A DNA stretch of 64,000 nucleotides from Acidimicrobiales bacterium (GCA_050011815.1 JBEKIJ010000012.1:18974-82973); one strand, 5' to 3'; counted from the first letter of the stretch, positions 28,876 to 38,358 are shown. Notes: generated from the letters alone by a model not told the origin. Translations and numbers: made by a program.

Positions 28876-29649
28876 CTACCGGGGTCGGTGGCCGATCACG
28901 GTCACGAGGCCCACGGGAAGGGTCTCCTGACCGAACGACGCCAGGATCGAAGCGTCCACGCCGTGCCGCGCCAGGAGCGTCGGGACACGGGCCGTGTCGA
29001 CCAGGACGTTGTGGTGGGTCTCGTCGTCGCGCCGCCACGAGTCGTCGCTGTTCCTGAGAAAGGTCGTCATCTCCCGGACGAAGCGGTTGGGCGACGGGAT
29101 CGAGAATTCGGTCACGATCATCCAGCCGTCGCCCCGCCGCACCTGTGTCGGTGCCCCCTGGCGAAAGCGCCCGTACTCGACGTCGCACAGGTCGATGGCG
29201 AGAACGCCGCCGGGCCGCAGCGCTCCCGCCAGCGCCGCCAGGGCCCGGTCGACCGAATCCTCGTCGTCGAGGTAGCTCAGGACGTGACCCACCGACACGA
29301 TGGCGTCGGCGCCCGGGACAGGGTCGTCGGGGAGGCGCAGGGGTCGGATGTCCTCGGCGCCGGTCGCGTACTGCCGTGCCAACTCGAGCATGGCGTTCGA
29401 CGCGTCGGTGGCGATCACCCGGTGCCCGGCATCCACCAGGTGTTTAGTCAACAGGCCGCTGCCACATCCGATCTCGACCACGAGACCGTTGCGGTCGCGG
29501 ACCGGAGCCAAGAGCTCGAGAATCCCCGGAGCACAGGCGTCGGCGTGGAATCCGAACCCGAGATGGTGGATGCGTGCCAGGTCGTCGCGGTAATAGGGAT
29601 CGCGTGTCTCGGGCCCGTCCATGCCCTCAGTATCGCTCGTACCGGGCAC
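28876..29649 (-). CDS. Class I SAM-dependent methyltransferase
   Basis: Motif I (VVEIGCGSGLL) is followed by motif post-I (IATDAS) and motif II (PGGVLAI). Confidence 0.7.
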   Translation of the reverse strand: MPGTSDTEGMDGPETRDPYYRDDLARIHHLGFGFHADACAPGILELLAPVRDRNGLVVEIGCGSGLLTKHLVDAGHRVIATDASNAMLELARQYATGAEDIRPLRLPDDPVPGADAIVSVGHVLSYLDDEDSVDRALAALAGALRPGGVLAIDLCDVEYGRFRQGAPTQVRRGDGWMIVTEFSIPSPNRFVREMTTFLRNSDDSWRRDDETHHNVLVDTARVPTLLARHGVDASILASFGQETLPVGLVTVIGHRPR

Positions 29650-29685
29650 GCGGGCCCGGGCACGTCGGCTCGGCGGTCAGCGCGA

Positions 29686-30042
29686 CTACCGCTTCTGGCG
29701 CCCTTCGAGGGTCACGATCTCGGCGACGTGTCTCTTGACCCGGTCCCGCCCCATGTCGAACAGCGACGGCTGGACCGGTGCCGCGGGCGAACCCGTCTCT
29801 GGCTCTGCATCATCGGCCCCGTCTTCGAGGATCTGGATCAGTGCGGGCGCTTGGTCGGCCGGCAGCCGGAACGTCGCCCGACAGATCGAGCCGTGCCACA
29901 GGCTGACGATCACCAGTCCCTCATGGGAGTGCCAGGAGACCTCCATCCGCCTTCCGTCGTCACGCGCGTCGCTGAACCACTGGCGGCGGACTCCGTCGGG
30001 GTGAGGAAGCAGCACCACCCTCATCATGGACCCGCCGACCAA
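29686..30042 (-). CDS. Hypothetical protein
   Basis: 118-aa ORF on the same strand as, and immediately downstream of, the methyltransferase. No recognisable motif. Confidence 0.35.
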   Translation of the reverse strand: MVGGSMMRVVLLPHPDGVRRQWFSDARDDGRRMEVSWHSHEGLVIVSLWHGSICRATFRLPADQAPALIQILEDGADDAEPETGSPAAPVQPSLFDMGRDRVKRHVAEIVTLEGRQKR

Positions 30043-30210
30043 CCGGGGGCTAGAGGGAAGGACTTTGCAAACGCGTTACAAGGTCTCGGGTCCCGGCTCC
30101 TCCGGAGCATGTGATCCCGGATGCAACCAGAGAAATCCCCGATGTCGTAACCTCGGCCCTGGAGCTCTCTGGACCCGGCTCCATGGCTTCGTCGCCCGGG
30201 AGGCCGAGCA

Positions 30211-30963
30211 ATGAACCCGAACACCGACCGAGTTGGCACCCTCATCGGCCGCCGCGGGGCGCGGGCAATCGCCGCCCTTGTCGTGTTGGGGGGATTTGGG
30301 CTCACCGGGTGCAGCGTCGTGAACGCAGTCAAGAAGGTCGAGCATGACGTGAGGGGCAACAAGGCGACGATCGATGCCTTCACGAACAAGATCAACTCCA
30401 GCCAGGGGGCGACCTTCGAAGCCACCTACGCCACCACCGGTAGCTCGCCGGCGACGGTCGTCTACGCCGTCGAACCGCCACAGGGCCTCGCCTTCGAGGT
30501 CACCCCCACGGGAACGAGTACGAGCAGTGTGCACATCATCGTGAACACGTCCGGGGAGTACTCCTGCACCGCCTCGAATGGTTCGAGCTCAGGGCCGGCC
30601 TGTCAGAAGTTGGGAACGGCCGACGCCGCCGCCGAGAACAGGATCTTCGACCTCTACACCCCGGCACACTGGACCGCATTCCTCAAGGACTTCTCGCTCG
30701 CCGCCGGCTTGGCCGGCGACACGGTCACGTCGTCGGCCACGACGGTGAACGGATTCGCCATGCAGTGCGTCGACTTCCAGGCATCGGGGGTGGCGGGCAC
30801 GAGCACGATCTGCACGACTGCTCAAGGCATCTTGGGCTTTGTCCAGGTGGCGTCGGACTCGACCAGTTTCGAGCTCAAGAGCTATTCGCCGTCGCCGCCG
30901 GACTCCCTGTTCGAGCTGCCCCCCGGCGCGACCATCACCACCTCCCCCCCGACGACGTCGTAG
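30211..30963 (+). CDS. Putative lipoprotein (Ser/Thr-rich, secreted)
   Basis: Signal peptide with the lipobox LTGC at residues ~29-32. The mature domain is Thr/Ser-rich with four Cys. GC is somewhat below the window average. Confidence 0.6.
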   Translation: MNPNTDRVGTLIGRRGARAIAALVVLGGFGLTGCSVVNAVKKVEHDVRGNKATIDAFTNKINSSQGATFEATYATTGSSPATVVYAVEPPQGLAFEVTPTGTSTSSVHIIVNTSGEYSCTASNGSSSGPACQKLGTADAAAENRIFDLYTPAHWTAFLKDFSLAAGLAGDTVTSSATTVNGFAMQCVDFQASGVAGTSTICTTAQGILGFVQVASDSTSFELKSYSPSPPDSLFELPPGATITTSPPTTS

Positions 30964-31151
30964 GGCGGCTCCTGGGGCCGCCTCTCGGACGCTTCTGGGA
31001 CGGGAGCCGGGTCCGGTTCGTGGTTGTCGTCCGACCACGAGCTCCGTCCCGATCGGGGCGCTTCGCCGGCAGATACGATCGGGGCGCAAGCCAGGACGTG
31101 AAGCCCTGTGCATACACTGCTGGCAGTGACCTTGAGGAGTTCGGCACTTCG

Positions 31152-31364
31152 ATGATCGACGATGACTTGACGGGCATGGTGGGGCGTGTCTCGGTTCCGA
31201 TTCCCACTGATGGATCGGGGGAAGTCATATTGAGCGTCCGAGGTGGATCCGAGGCCTTCACGGCCTACACGCAAGGCAATGAGGCCCTGACCAAGAATGC
31301 CCGCGCTGTCGTCGTCGAGCAGACGGGTCCGCGCACAATCTTGGTTACAGCCGCTGGGTATTGA
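31152..31364 (+). CDS. NfeD-like C-terminal OB-fold domain protein (short form)
   Basis: GMVGRVSVPIPTDGSGEVILSVRGGSEAFTAYTQGNEALTKNARAVVVEQTGPRTILV matches the NfeD beta-barrel domain. It sits directly upstream of a flotillin gene, which is the classic NfeD-SPFH pairing. No TM segment is seen, so this may be a remnant or a short form. Confidence 0.45.
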   Translation: MIDDDLTGMVGRVSVPIPTDGSGEVILSVRGGSEAFTAYTQGNEALTKNARAVVVEQTGPRTILVTAAGY

Positions 31365-31394
31365 TCGTCTTCCTTTTGAGAAGGGTCCGACATC

Positions 31395-32606
31395 ATGTTC
31401 TTCTACCGAATCCCCGAGCCCAACCAAGCGCTTGTCATCTCCGGATCCAAAGGTGGCGCCGACGGCGCCCAGTTCCGGATCGTCACCGGTCACGGCACCT
31501 TCGTCGCCCCTTGGCGGTCGCGAGCACGGATCTTGTCCCTCGATCTCTACGAGGCCGAGCTCGAAGAGAGCTGCGTGACCGGCCAGGGCATCCCGCTGAC
31601 GGTCCAGGCGGTCGCCGTCTTCAAGGTCGCTGACGATTTTCAGTCCATCGCCAACGCCGCCCGGCGTTTCCTCGACCAGCAGGACCAGATGGAGTCCCTC
31701 GTGGGCCAGATCCTGGCCGGCCACCTGCGGTCGATCGTGGGCAGTCTCACCGTCGAGAAGATCATCACGGACCGAAACAGCCTGGCACAGGAGGTGAAGT
31801 CTGCGTCATCGGACGAGATGGAGAAGCTCGGGCTCGTCGTCGACGCCTTCCAGATCCAAGAGGTGGGCGACCCCTCGGGATACATCAAGAACCTGGCCGC
31901 GCCGCACATCGCCGAAGTGGAGAAGAACGCCCGCATCGCGCAGGCCCAGGCGGACCAGGCCGCCACCGAACGAGAGCAGGAGGCCAACGCCCAGAAGGCC
32001 GGGTTCACGAGGGACTCCGAGATCAAGCAGGCCGGTGCTCGGGCCGAGGTCCAGGCCGCCCAGGCCGAAGCCGATCAGGCCGGGCCCCTCTCGCAGGCCA
32101 AGGCCGCCCAGAAGGTGACCGAGGAGCAGGCGGCCCTGGCGGCCAAGCAGGCCGAGAAGCGCCAGGCCGAGCTGGTCGCCGAGGTTCAGAAGCCCGCTGA
32201 CGCCGAGGCGTACAAGACGGTCAAGTTGGCCGAGGCACAACGCGATGCCATGCGAGCGCAAGCCGACGCGCTGGGCGAGGGAAACCTCGAGCGGATCGTC
32301 GCCTCGAAGATGGTCGAGATGATGCCGGCCATCGTGGCGTCACTGGCCCAAGGTCTCAGCGGCGCCAACCTGAGTGTGGTGAACGGAGCCGAAGGCGTCG
32401 GACAGGTCGTCACGGGGTTGGTGGCGTCGGGACGATCGATCTACGACGCCTTGTTGTCGGCGGTTCCCGGTGCCGTTCCCCTGGCGTCAGCCGACGAGGT
32501 GGCCCTGGTGCCGAGCCGGGAGCTGGCCACCGCCCCAGACGGAGCGGTGCATGCGGACCAGCAGGACGGGGATGTCCGGGGCCCCCGGCTCCGCCCCGCA
32601 CCCTGA
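31395..32606 (+). CDS. Flotillin-like SPFH/band-7 protein
   Basis: An N-terminal SPFH domain is followed by a long Ala/Glu/Gln-rich coiled-coil region (flotillin EA repeats: AQAQADQAATEREQEANAQKA...). Confidence 0.85.
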   Translation: MFFYRIPEPNQALVISGSKGGADGAQFRIVTGHGTFVAPWRSRARILSLDLYEAELEESCVTGQGIPLTVQAVAVFKVADDFQSIANAARRFLDQQDQMESLVGQILAGHLRSIVGSLTVEKIITDRNSLAQEVKSASSDEMEKLGLVVDAFQIQEVGDPSGYIKNLAAPHIAEVEKNARIAQAQADQAATEREQEANAQKAGFTRDSEIKQAGARAEVQAAQAEADQAGPLSQAKAAQKVTEEQAALAAKQAEKRQAELVAEVQKPADAEAYKTVKLAEAQRDAMRAQADALGEGNLERIVASKMVEMMPAIVASLAQGLSGANLSVVNGAEGVGQVVTGLVASGRSIYDALLSAVPGAVPLASADEVALVPSRELATAPDGAVHADQQDGDVRGPRLRPAP

Positions 32607-32628
32607 GGGAGGGACCGGGCGACGCCGG

Positions 32629-33255
32629 TCAGTCGAAACTCGGCTTCCGGTCGCGGGTGCGTTTGACCTCGAAGAACCCGTCGGTGCCGGTCACCGCCAG
32701 CACGCCGTCCCAGAGGCGTCCCGCCGCGTCGCCACGAGGTATCGGTGTCACCACCGGACCGAAGAAGGCGTTGCCCTCCACGCTGATGATCGGGGTGCCG
32801 ACGTCGAGGCCGACCTGGTCCATCCCCTTGTGATGCGAGGCTTTGATCCCCTCGTCGAACTCTGTGCTGGTGGCGGCATCGAGCACCGAAGGGGGGAGGC
32901 CCACCTCCGCGACCGCCTCGGCCAGAGCGACCTCGTCCCTCCGCTGCTGATTGTGAAAGCGCGTGCCCAGCGCGGTGTAGATCGGGAGGAGGACGTCCTC
33001 GCCGCGCTCGGCCGCGGCGGCGGCGCAGATTCGGATCGGGCCCCAGGCCCGCTCCATGCGCTGGCGGTACTCCTCGGTCAGCCCCTCGCCCTCGTGCTGG
33101 ATCAGGTTGAGATACGCCAGTGACATCACGTGCCAGCGGGTCGTGACCGGTCTTACCTGCTCCACCTCGAGCATCCACCGCGAGGTGATCCATGCCCACG
33201 GGCACAAGGGGTCGAACCAGAAGTCGGCAGCGGTGCGGGCAGGGGTGTCGGCCAC
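32629..33255 (-). CDS. DsbA-like thioredoxin-fold protein (Rv2466c/mycothiol-dependent reductase type), paralog 1
   Basis: FWFDPLCPWAWITSRW matches the CPWC active site of 2-hydroxychromene-2-carboxylate-isomerase/DsbA-like proteins. The GTG start is uncertain (alternative 33276). Confidence 0.65.
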   Translation of the reverse strand: MADTPARTAADFWFDPLCPWAWITSRWMLEVEQVRPVTTRWHVMSLAYLNLIQHEGEGLTEEYRQRMERAWGPIRICAAAAAERGEDVLLPIYTALGTRFHNQQRRDEVALAEAVAEVGLPPSVLDAATSTEFDEGIKASHHKGMDQVGLDVGTPIISVEGNAFFGPVVTPIPRGDAAGRLWDGVLAVTGTDGFFEVKRTRDRKPSFD

Positions 33256-33358
33256 CTCAGTGTCAACGCCCGGCACCTTGGGTGTGTTCCCCGGGAGGGG
33301 GATTTTCCTCGTGCCGGGCACACCACCCGAATCGGGATCCCGGCGCGCTGGGTTGGGC

Positions 33359-33799
33359 TTACCCGTCTCGCCCCGATGACCCCCGCCGAGCTCGGAAGGA
33401 TGCATCTGCCAAGAAGCCCAGGCCGATGCCCAACATCCAGACGTCCTTGCTGACGGCGGTCCCGGCCGGGCTCGGCCAGATGCTGCCGGGCTGGCGCAAG
33501 GCCGGGGTGCGGGCGTACATGGCCAGAAGGGAACCTGAGAAGGCGGTGAGGGCGGCGCCAGCGAGGGCGGTGGACACGAACGGCGACAGCAGGGCTGCTC
33601 CGGTGACGATCTCTCCCGCGGCGAGCATCCGGACGAAGCGTGTGGGCGGTACGGACTTGAGCATCGGGAAGGCACCGGCGGCCATGCCGTGGACGGCGGT
33701 GGCCCGGGCTTCGTCGGCGTGCCACTTCTGCAGCCCGGCGTGCAGGATGAAGGCGCCGGTGGTGACCCGACCCGGCAGGTCATGAGGTTTCAGACGCAA
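33359..33799 (-). CDS. DoxX family membrane protein
   Basis: 146 aa with four TM segments in a DoxX-like pattern. Confidence 0.6.
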   Translation of the reverse strand: MRLKPHDLPGRVTTGAFILHAGLQKWHADEARATAVHGMAAGAFPMLKSVPPTRFVRMLAAGEIVTGAALLSPFVSTALAGAALTAFSGSLLAMYARTPALRQPGSIWPSPAGTAVSKDVWMLGIGLGFLADASFRARRGSSGRDG

Positions 33800-33843
33800 G
33801 ATGCTTCCTCCTGGAGCTGATCACGGCCACGTCCCGCCTGGCG

Positions 33844-34233
33844 TTAGCCGATGAACGACTCGATCTGCTTGACGAGCTTGTCCTCGATCTCGAGGTTCCA
33901 CGCCGTCTCGGCCACGTCGACGACGAGGAAGAGATCCGACAGCAAGAGTGTCTCGAGGGCGGCCACGCCGAGATTCTGGAGCCATTTGCCGACGCCGATC
34001 CGCACCGTGAAGTCGTTGGGGTCGCCGGAGATGACGATCGTCAGGGCGCGATCCGCATCGACGACCCCGCGCAGGAAGCCGCCTTTCTTGGCCTGGATGA
34101 CCGTCCCGTGGGAGCTCGGCGCCGATGTCGAGGTGGTGAACCCGTCGGACTTCAGGTACTCCTCGATCTTGGTCTGCAGTCCCCCCAAATCCGTGTTCTT
34201 GTTCTGGAACTGCTTGACCTTCTCACCGATCAT
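33844..34233 (-). CDS. Hypothetical protein encoded by a low-GC orphan gene
   Basis: 129 aa with a GAGGAG RBS 6 bp upstream. Composition is Lys/Asn/Ile-rich, markedly different from neighbouring genes. No recognisable motif. Confidence 0.5.
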   Translation of the reverse strand: MIGEKVKQFQNKNTDLGGLQTKIEEYLKSDGFTTSTSAPSSHGTVIQAKKGGFLRGVVDADRALTIVISGDPNDFTVRIGVGKWLQNLGVAALETLLLSDLFLVVDVAETAWNLEIEDKLVKQIESFIG

Positions 34234-34285
34234 GTCGTCTCCTCGCGAGATCTGGCTGATGATCCCACCCGCGGCGGCGATCAGT

Positions 34286-34918
34286 TCACCGCCGGGCTGG
34301 CAGCGTCTCCTTATGATTAGCCGACTTCTGCTCTCGAGATGGGTCAGCCCCGACCCGGGCCACGAGGGCGCCCGATCGGCGGGGCCCACGATCAGCTCGA
34401 CTCGTGGCGGGGAAGGTCGGCGAGGGCGCCTTGGGTGAGGCCGTGAGGCTGTGGATGACCGGACCGCTCCACGCCGGCTCGGCGTCGTATACGAGGGCAT
34501 CGGCGGCGTCCTCGGTCACGAGGCGGACGGCGGGGATCCCCGCCGCGGTCGCTCCGGTGAGCTCGTTGCTGCCACCGTCCCCGACATAGATCGCCTCCGA
34601 GGGTGCGATGCCGAGCTGACGACACACACGCTGATAGAGCGAGAGATGGGGCTTGCGGTGCCCGATGACGACAGAGAACACGGTGGCATCCACGAACCGA
34701 GCGACGAGAAGGCTGGTCCACAGATCGGGCAGCTCGTGGGTGCAGTCGCTCACCACGCCCACCCGCAACCCGTGCCGGCGCAACCAGCCGAGCGCGGGGA
34801 GCGCATCGTCGCGCCGCGAGCGCGCGTAGGACTCCTCCACCTCCATCCGCACCGCACAAGCAGTGTGCAGCTGCGCCGTCGGAAGGTTGCTGTCGAATAT
34901 CAACGCGCCGGGGACCAC
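34286..34918 (-). CDS. HAD-superfamily hydrolase-like protein with a degenerate motif I
   Basis: Motifs II (VVSDCT), III (K) and IV (GDGGSNE) are present. Motif I reads FDSNL instead of DxDG/T, so the protein may be inactive or mis-started. Confidence 0.45.
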   Translation of the reverse strand: MVPGALIFDSNLPTAQLHTACAVRMEVEESYARSRRDDALPALGWLRRHGLRVGVVSDCTHELPDLWTSLLVARFVDATVFSVVIGHRKPHLSLYQRVCRQLGIAPSEAIYVGDGGSNELTGATAAGIPAVRLVTEDAADALVYDAEPAWSGPVIHSLTASPKAPSPTFPATSRADRGPRRSGALVARVGADPSREQKSANHKETLPARR

Positions 34919-34980
34919 CGATATCCTCGCTCACCCACCGGCGGGCCGACGCCGCATGCCACGCCCTATAGCCTGGCAGC

Positions 34981-35616
34981 GTGGACACGGTCGAGGTTTT
35001 CGTCGATCCCAGCTGCCCTTGGGCATGGATCACGGCCCGGTGGATCAAGGAGATCACCCCGCACCGCGACCTGGCGGTGACGTGGCGCTCGTACTGCCTC
35101 GAGATCAGGGACGACTACGGCGTGGCCCCTACCGTGCCGGAGAACTTCCGCGCCGCGGCGCTCGCCGGTCACGCCCTCTCGCACCGGATGCTCCGGATAT
35201 TCGAGGCGGCCCGGGCCCGAGCCGGTGAAGAGGCGGTGGACGCGCTCTACACCGAATGGGGCCGGCGCTTCTTCATCGACCATCGGACCGACGACGTCCT
35301 GTTGCCGGAGTGCGTGGCGGCGTGTGGCCTGGCCCTCGACCTCGTGGCTGCCGCCGAAGACGACAAATGGGACGGCCCCATCGTCGAGGCCATGGAGGTC
35401 GCCTACGCCTTCGGGGGGCCCAAGACCCAGACGCCGACCATCGTGGTGAGGGCCGATCCCCCCTACGGGTTCAAGGGCCCGGTCATGGCCCCGGCCCCGA
35501 CCGGTGAGGCCGCCGTCGCACTTTGGGACGCCATCGGCGTGATGGCTCGAGAGCCCGGGTTCTTCGAGATCACCCGACCACGCGCCAACCGACCGGTGAC
35601 GCCCGCCCCCGACTGA
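34981..35616 (+). CDS. DsbA-like thioredoxin-fold protein (Rv2466c type), paralog 2
   Basis: GTG start. FVDPSCPWAWITARW shows the same CPWA(W) active site and overall layout as the 32629-33255 gene. Confidence 0.7.
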   Translation: MDTVEVFVDPSCPWAWITARWIKEITPHRDLAVTWRSYCLEIRDDYGVAPTVPENFRAAALAGHALSHRMLRIFEAARARAGEEAVDALYTEWGRRFFIDHRTDDVLLPECVAACGLALDLVAAAEDDKWDGPIVEAMEVAYAFGGPKTQTPTIVVRADPPYGFKGPVMAPAPTGEAAVALWDAIGVMAREPGFFEITRPRANRPVTPAPD

Positions 35617-35643
35617 CCCTCGCGCTGCAGCCCCGCCCTCCCC

Positions 35644-36432
35644 TCAACGCTCGACGAGCGTCCAGGGGGGATCGGCCGACCCGAGCACCACCGTGGTGCC
35701 GGCGACGGCGATGGTGATGACCAGGGCGACGACGAGGGGATAGACGGTCTGGGCGTGCACGATGAAGGCCGCACCCACGAGTGCACCGCAGAACATCGCC
35801 ACCACCGTGAGCCCCCGGCGCCCGACCCGGGCCCCTGTCCCACCCGCGATGGGACCGTCGGCGGAGATACCGGTGAGGGTCATGGTGAGCACCGTTGTGG
35901 TCAGGTCGGGCACCGCCAGCTTCCGGGCCGCGGCGTTCTGGATCCCCATGGAGATGCCGAGCGAGACGATCAAGCCGTAGCGGAACGCCGCGCTCACCGG
36001 CGTGGCGCTCACCGCGGCCAGAAGGACGGCGATGGTGACGAATGTGGCTTGGATGGTGACACAGGAGCCCAAGAGGCGGGCTCGGTTCTTGGCCAGCCGG
36101 GCGGACACCCGACCGCCCACCGAAGCACCGAGGCCGAATGAACCCAGAGCTGCCAGCGAGGCCGGGATGGAGAAGCCCCGGGCACCGATCAGGGCGAAGG
36201 CGAGGAACACGACGTTCCCGGTCATGTTGGCGACGAAGACGTGGCCGAGCACCAAGTAGCTGAAGGAGTCGACCAGGCCGGTCACCACGGTCAAGCCCAG
36301 CAGCATGGGCGGAAGGGGCCCGTCGGCGCTCCCTCGATCAGGAAGGATCGTCTCTTTGATCTCGGCGAGGAAGGCAAGCACGATCCGCAGCCCCTGGATT
36401 CGGCCGAACAACGTCTGCTGGCGGTGCCGCAC
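35644..36432 (-). CDS. YoaK/DUF1275 family membrane protein
   Basis: About six TM segments and a Gly/Ala-rich membrane-protein profile typical of DUF1275. Confidence 0.55.
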   Translation of the reverse strand: MRHRQQTLFGRIQGLRIVLAFLAEIKETILPDRGSADGPLPPMLLGLTVVTGLVDSFSYLVLGHVFVANMTGNVVFLAFALIGARGFSIPASLAALGSFGLGASVGGRVSARLAKNRARLLGSCVTIQATFVTIAVLLAAVSATPVSAAFRYGLIVSLGISMGIQNAAARKLAVPDLTTTVLTMTLTGISADGPIAGGTGARVGRRGLTVVAMFCGALVGAAFIVHAQTVYPLVVALVITIAVAGTTVVLGSADPPWTLVER

Positions 36433-36580
36433 GATGCTATTGGAAGAGAGAGGGACTGAGAAGCGGGCATCGGCATGTCAGTCGCAGAGGGGTACCATCG
36501 CTGGACGGTGCGCCAGGGAGTGCCGACATCAGCCGGCGACGCGCTCGCGCTGCGGCGCCAAGACGCCGGAAGGGGGTCGC

Positions 36581-37516
36581 GTGGCGACGGTTTCGGTTGA
36601 GGACCTGAGCAAGCGTTACGGCGAGGTCGACGCGGTGATCGACGTCAGTTTCGAGGTGCAGCAGGGGGAGGTGTTCGCCCTGCTCGGACCCAACGGCGCC
36701 GGCAAGACCACCACCATCGAGATTCTCGAAGGTTTCCGCCGTCGCGACCATGGCCGGGTCAATGTGCTCGGCTACGACCCCGCCAATTCCGCCACCAGTC
36801 GGCAACTGCGCGAGCGTCTCGGCGTCGTCCTGCAGGAGCTGGCTGTCGAGCCCTTCCTGTCGGTCCGCCAGGCGCTCACCCGGAATGCCGGCTACTACCC
36901 GAGGCCTCGTCCGGTGGACGAGGTGCTCGAGTTGGTCGGGCTCGGCTCCAAGGCCAACGCCAGGGTCAAGACGCTTTCCGGTGGCCAGCAACGCCGTCTC
37001 GATCTGGGCCTGGGAATCATCGGCAACCCCGAGCTGCTGGTGCTCGACGAGCCCACCACCGGGTTCGACCCGACAGCTCGCCGCGGTGCCTGGGACCTGG
37101 TGCGGTCGATGACGGGCGGCGGCACCACGATCATCCTCACCACCCACTACATGGACGAGGCCGAAGCCCTGGCCGATCGCGTGGCGGTGATCAACGCCGG
37201 CCGGATCATCGCCGAGGGCCCGCCCGAATCCCTGGGTGGGCGGGACGTGGGAGACGTCACCATCCGGTTCAGGCTTCCTCCCACGACCACGGCGACCGAC
37301 CTTCCCGTGCCCGCCACGGTTGCAGACAGCGGGGCCATCGAGATCAGGACGACGAAAGAGATCGAGGTCCTGGCCACCCTGACGAACTGGGCACTCCGGG
37401 AAGAGATCGGTCTGATCGGTCTCACCGTGGAGCGTCTCACCCTCGAAGACGTGTACCTGCGTCTCACCGGGTACGGGTCCGACGCCGAGGCGGCCCCGTC
37501 GGGGATCGGGGCATGA
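36581..37516 (+). CDS. ABC transporter ATP-binding protein (ABC-2 exporter type)
   Basis: GTG start after a GGAAGGGGG RBS. Has Walker A (GPNGAGKTT), the signature motif (LSGGQQRR) and Walker B (LLVLDEPT). Confidence 0.8.
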   Translation: MATVSVEDLSKRYGEVDAVIDVSFEVQQGEVFALLGPNGAGKTTTIEILEGFRRRDHGRVNVLGYDPANSATSRQLRERLGVVLQELAVEPFLSVRQALTRNAGYYPRPRPVDEVLELVGLGSKANARVKTLSGGQQRRLDLGLGIIGNPELLVLDEPTTGFDPTARRGAWDLVRSMTGGGTTIILTTHYMDEAEALADRVAVINAGRIIAEGPPESLGGRDVGDVTIRFRLPPTTTATDLPVPATVADSGAIEIRTTKEIEVLATLTNWALREEIGLIGLTVERLTLEDVYLRLTGYGSDAEAAPSGIGA

Positions 37517-38358
37517 GCGCGGTCACCGGCACCGGCGGTCGTCGGGGCCTCTACGACCTGCGCCTGGTGGCGCGCCAGGTCCGCTACGAGCAGTTGGGGT
37601 TCTGGCTCAACCCGGTGGCGGCGGTGTTCACCATCGTGTTCTCGGTCGTCTTCCTCGTGCTGTTGGCCGCCACCGCCGGCAACTCGCGAATTGCCTTTCT
37701 GGGAAACATTCGCGCCGTCCGCTACTACGTGCCGTCCTTTGCCGCCTATGGCGTCATGTCGGCCTGCTTCAACATGCTGACGATCTCGATCGTCGTGCGG
37801 CGGGAGATGGGACTGCTCAAGCGGGTCAGACTCTCTCCCCTTCCGACCTGGGTGATGCTGGCGGCGATCTTCATCAACGCCTTGATCATCTCCATCGTCC
37901 AGGTGGTCATCGTGGTGCTCCTCGGCAGGTTCGCCTACCACGTGGCCTTCCCCCCCAACATGGCGGCGCTGGTCGTGGCGGTGGTGGTCGGGGCGATCTG
38001 TTTCACCTCGCTCGGGATCGCCATCAGCACGTTCATCCCCAATCAGGAGGCGGCGGGGCCGGTGGTGAGCATCATCTTCTTCATCTTGCTGTTCCTGGCC
38101 GGGCTCTACTACCCGATCCAGAACAGCTCCGGCCTGGCGCAGTTCTCGAGGTACTTCCCGGTGCGGCACATGATCACCGCCACCGTGGCGCCCTTCCTGG
38201 CCGACAAGAGCAGTGCGGCGTGGTCGTGGGACGACATCCGGGTCATGGCCTATTGGGCCGTGGGGGGCATGGTCGTCGCCGTCCGGCGTTGGAGCTGGGC
38301 GCCCCGCCGGAGCGATCCCGGTCGGAAGTGGGCCTCCCCCTTCGCCAAGCGGGGATGA
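37513..38358 (+). CDS. ABC-2 type transporter permease
   Basis: A 4-bp overlap with the upstream ATPase indicates translational coupling. It has six TM segments. Confidence 0.75.
   Translation: MSAVTGTGGRRGLYDLRLVARQVRYEQLGFWLNPVAAVFTIVFSVVFLVLLAATAGNSRIAFLGNIRAVRYYVPSFAAYGVMSACFNMLTISIVVRREMGLLKRVRLSPLPTWVMLAAIFINALIISIVQVVIVVLLGRFAYHVAFPPNMAALVVAVVVGAICFTSLGIAISTFIPNQEAAGPVVSIIFFILLFLAGLYYPIQNSSGLAQFSRYFPVRHMITATVAPFLADKSSAAWSWDDIRVMAYWAVGGMVVAVRRWSWAPRRSDPGRKWASPFAKRG

Noticed and set aside
34286-34918. Calling the HAD-like gene a clear pseudogene
   Set aside because: Motif I is degenerate (FDSNL), but the frame is intact and other HAD motifs are preserved. Without an alignment I cannot distinguish an inactive paralog from a mis-chosen start, so it is kept as a CDS with low confidence.
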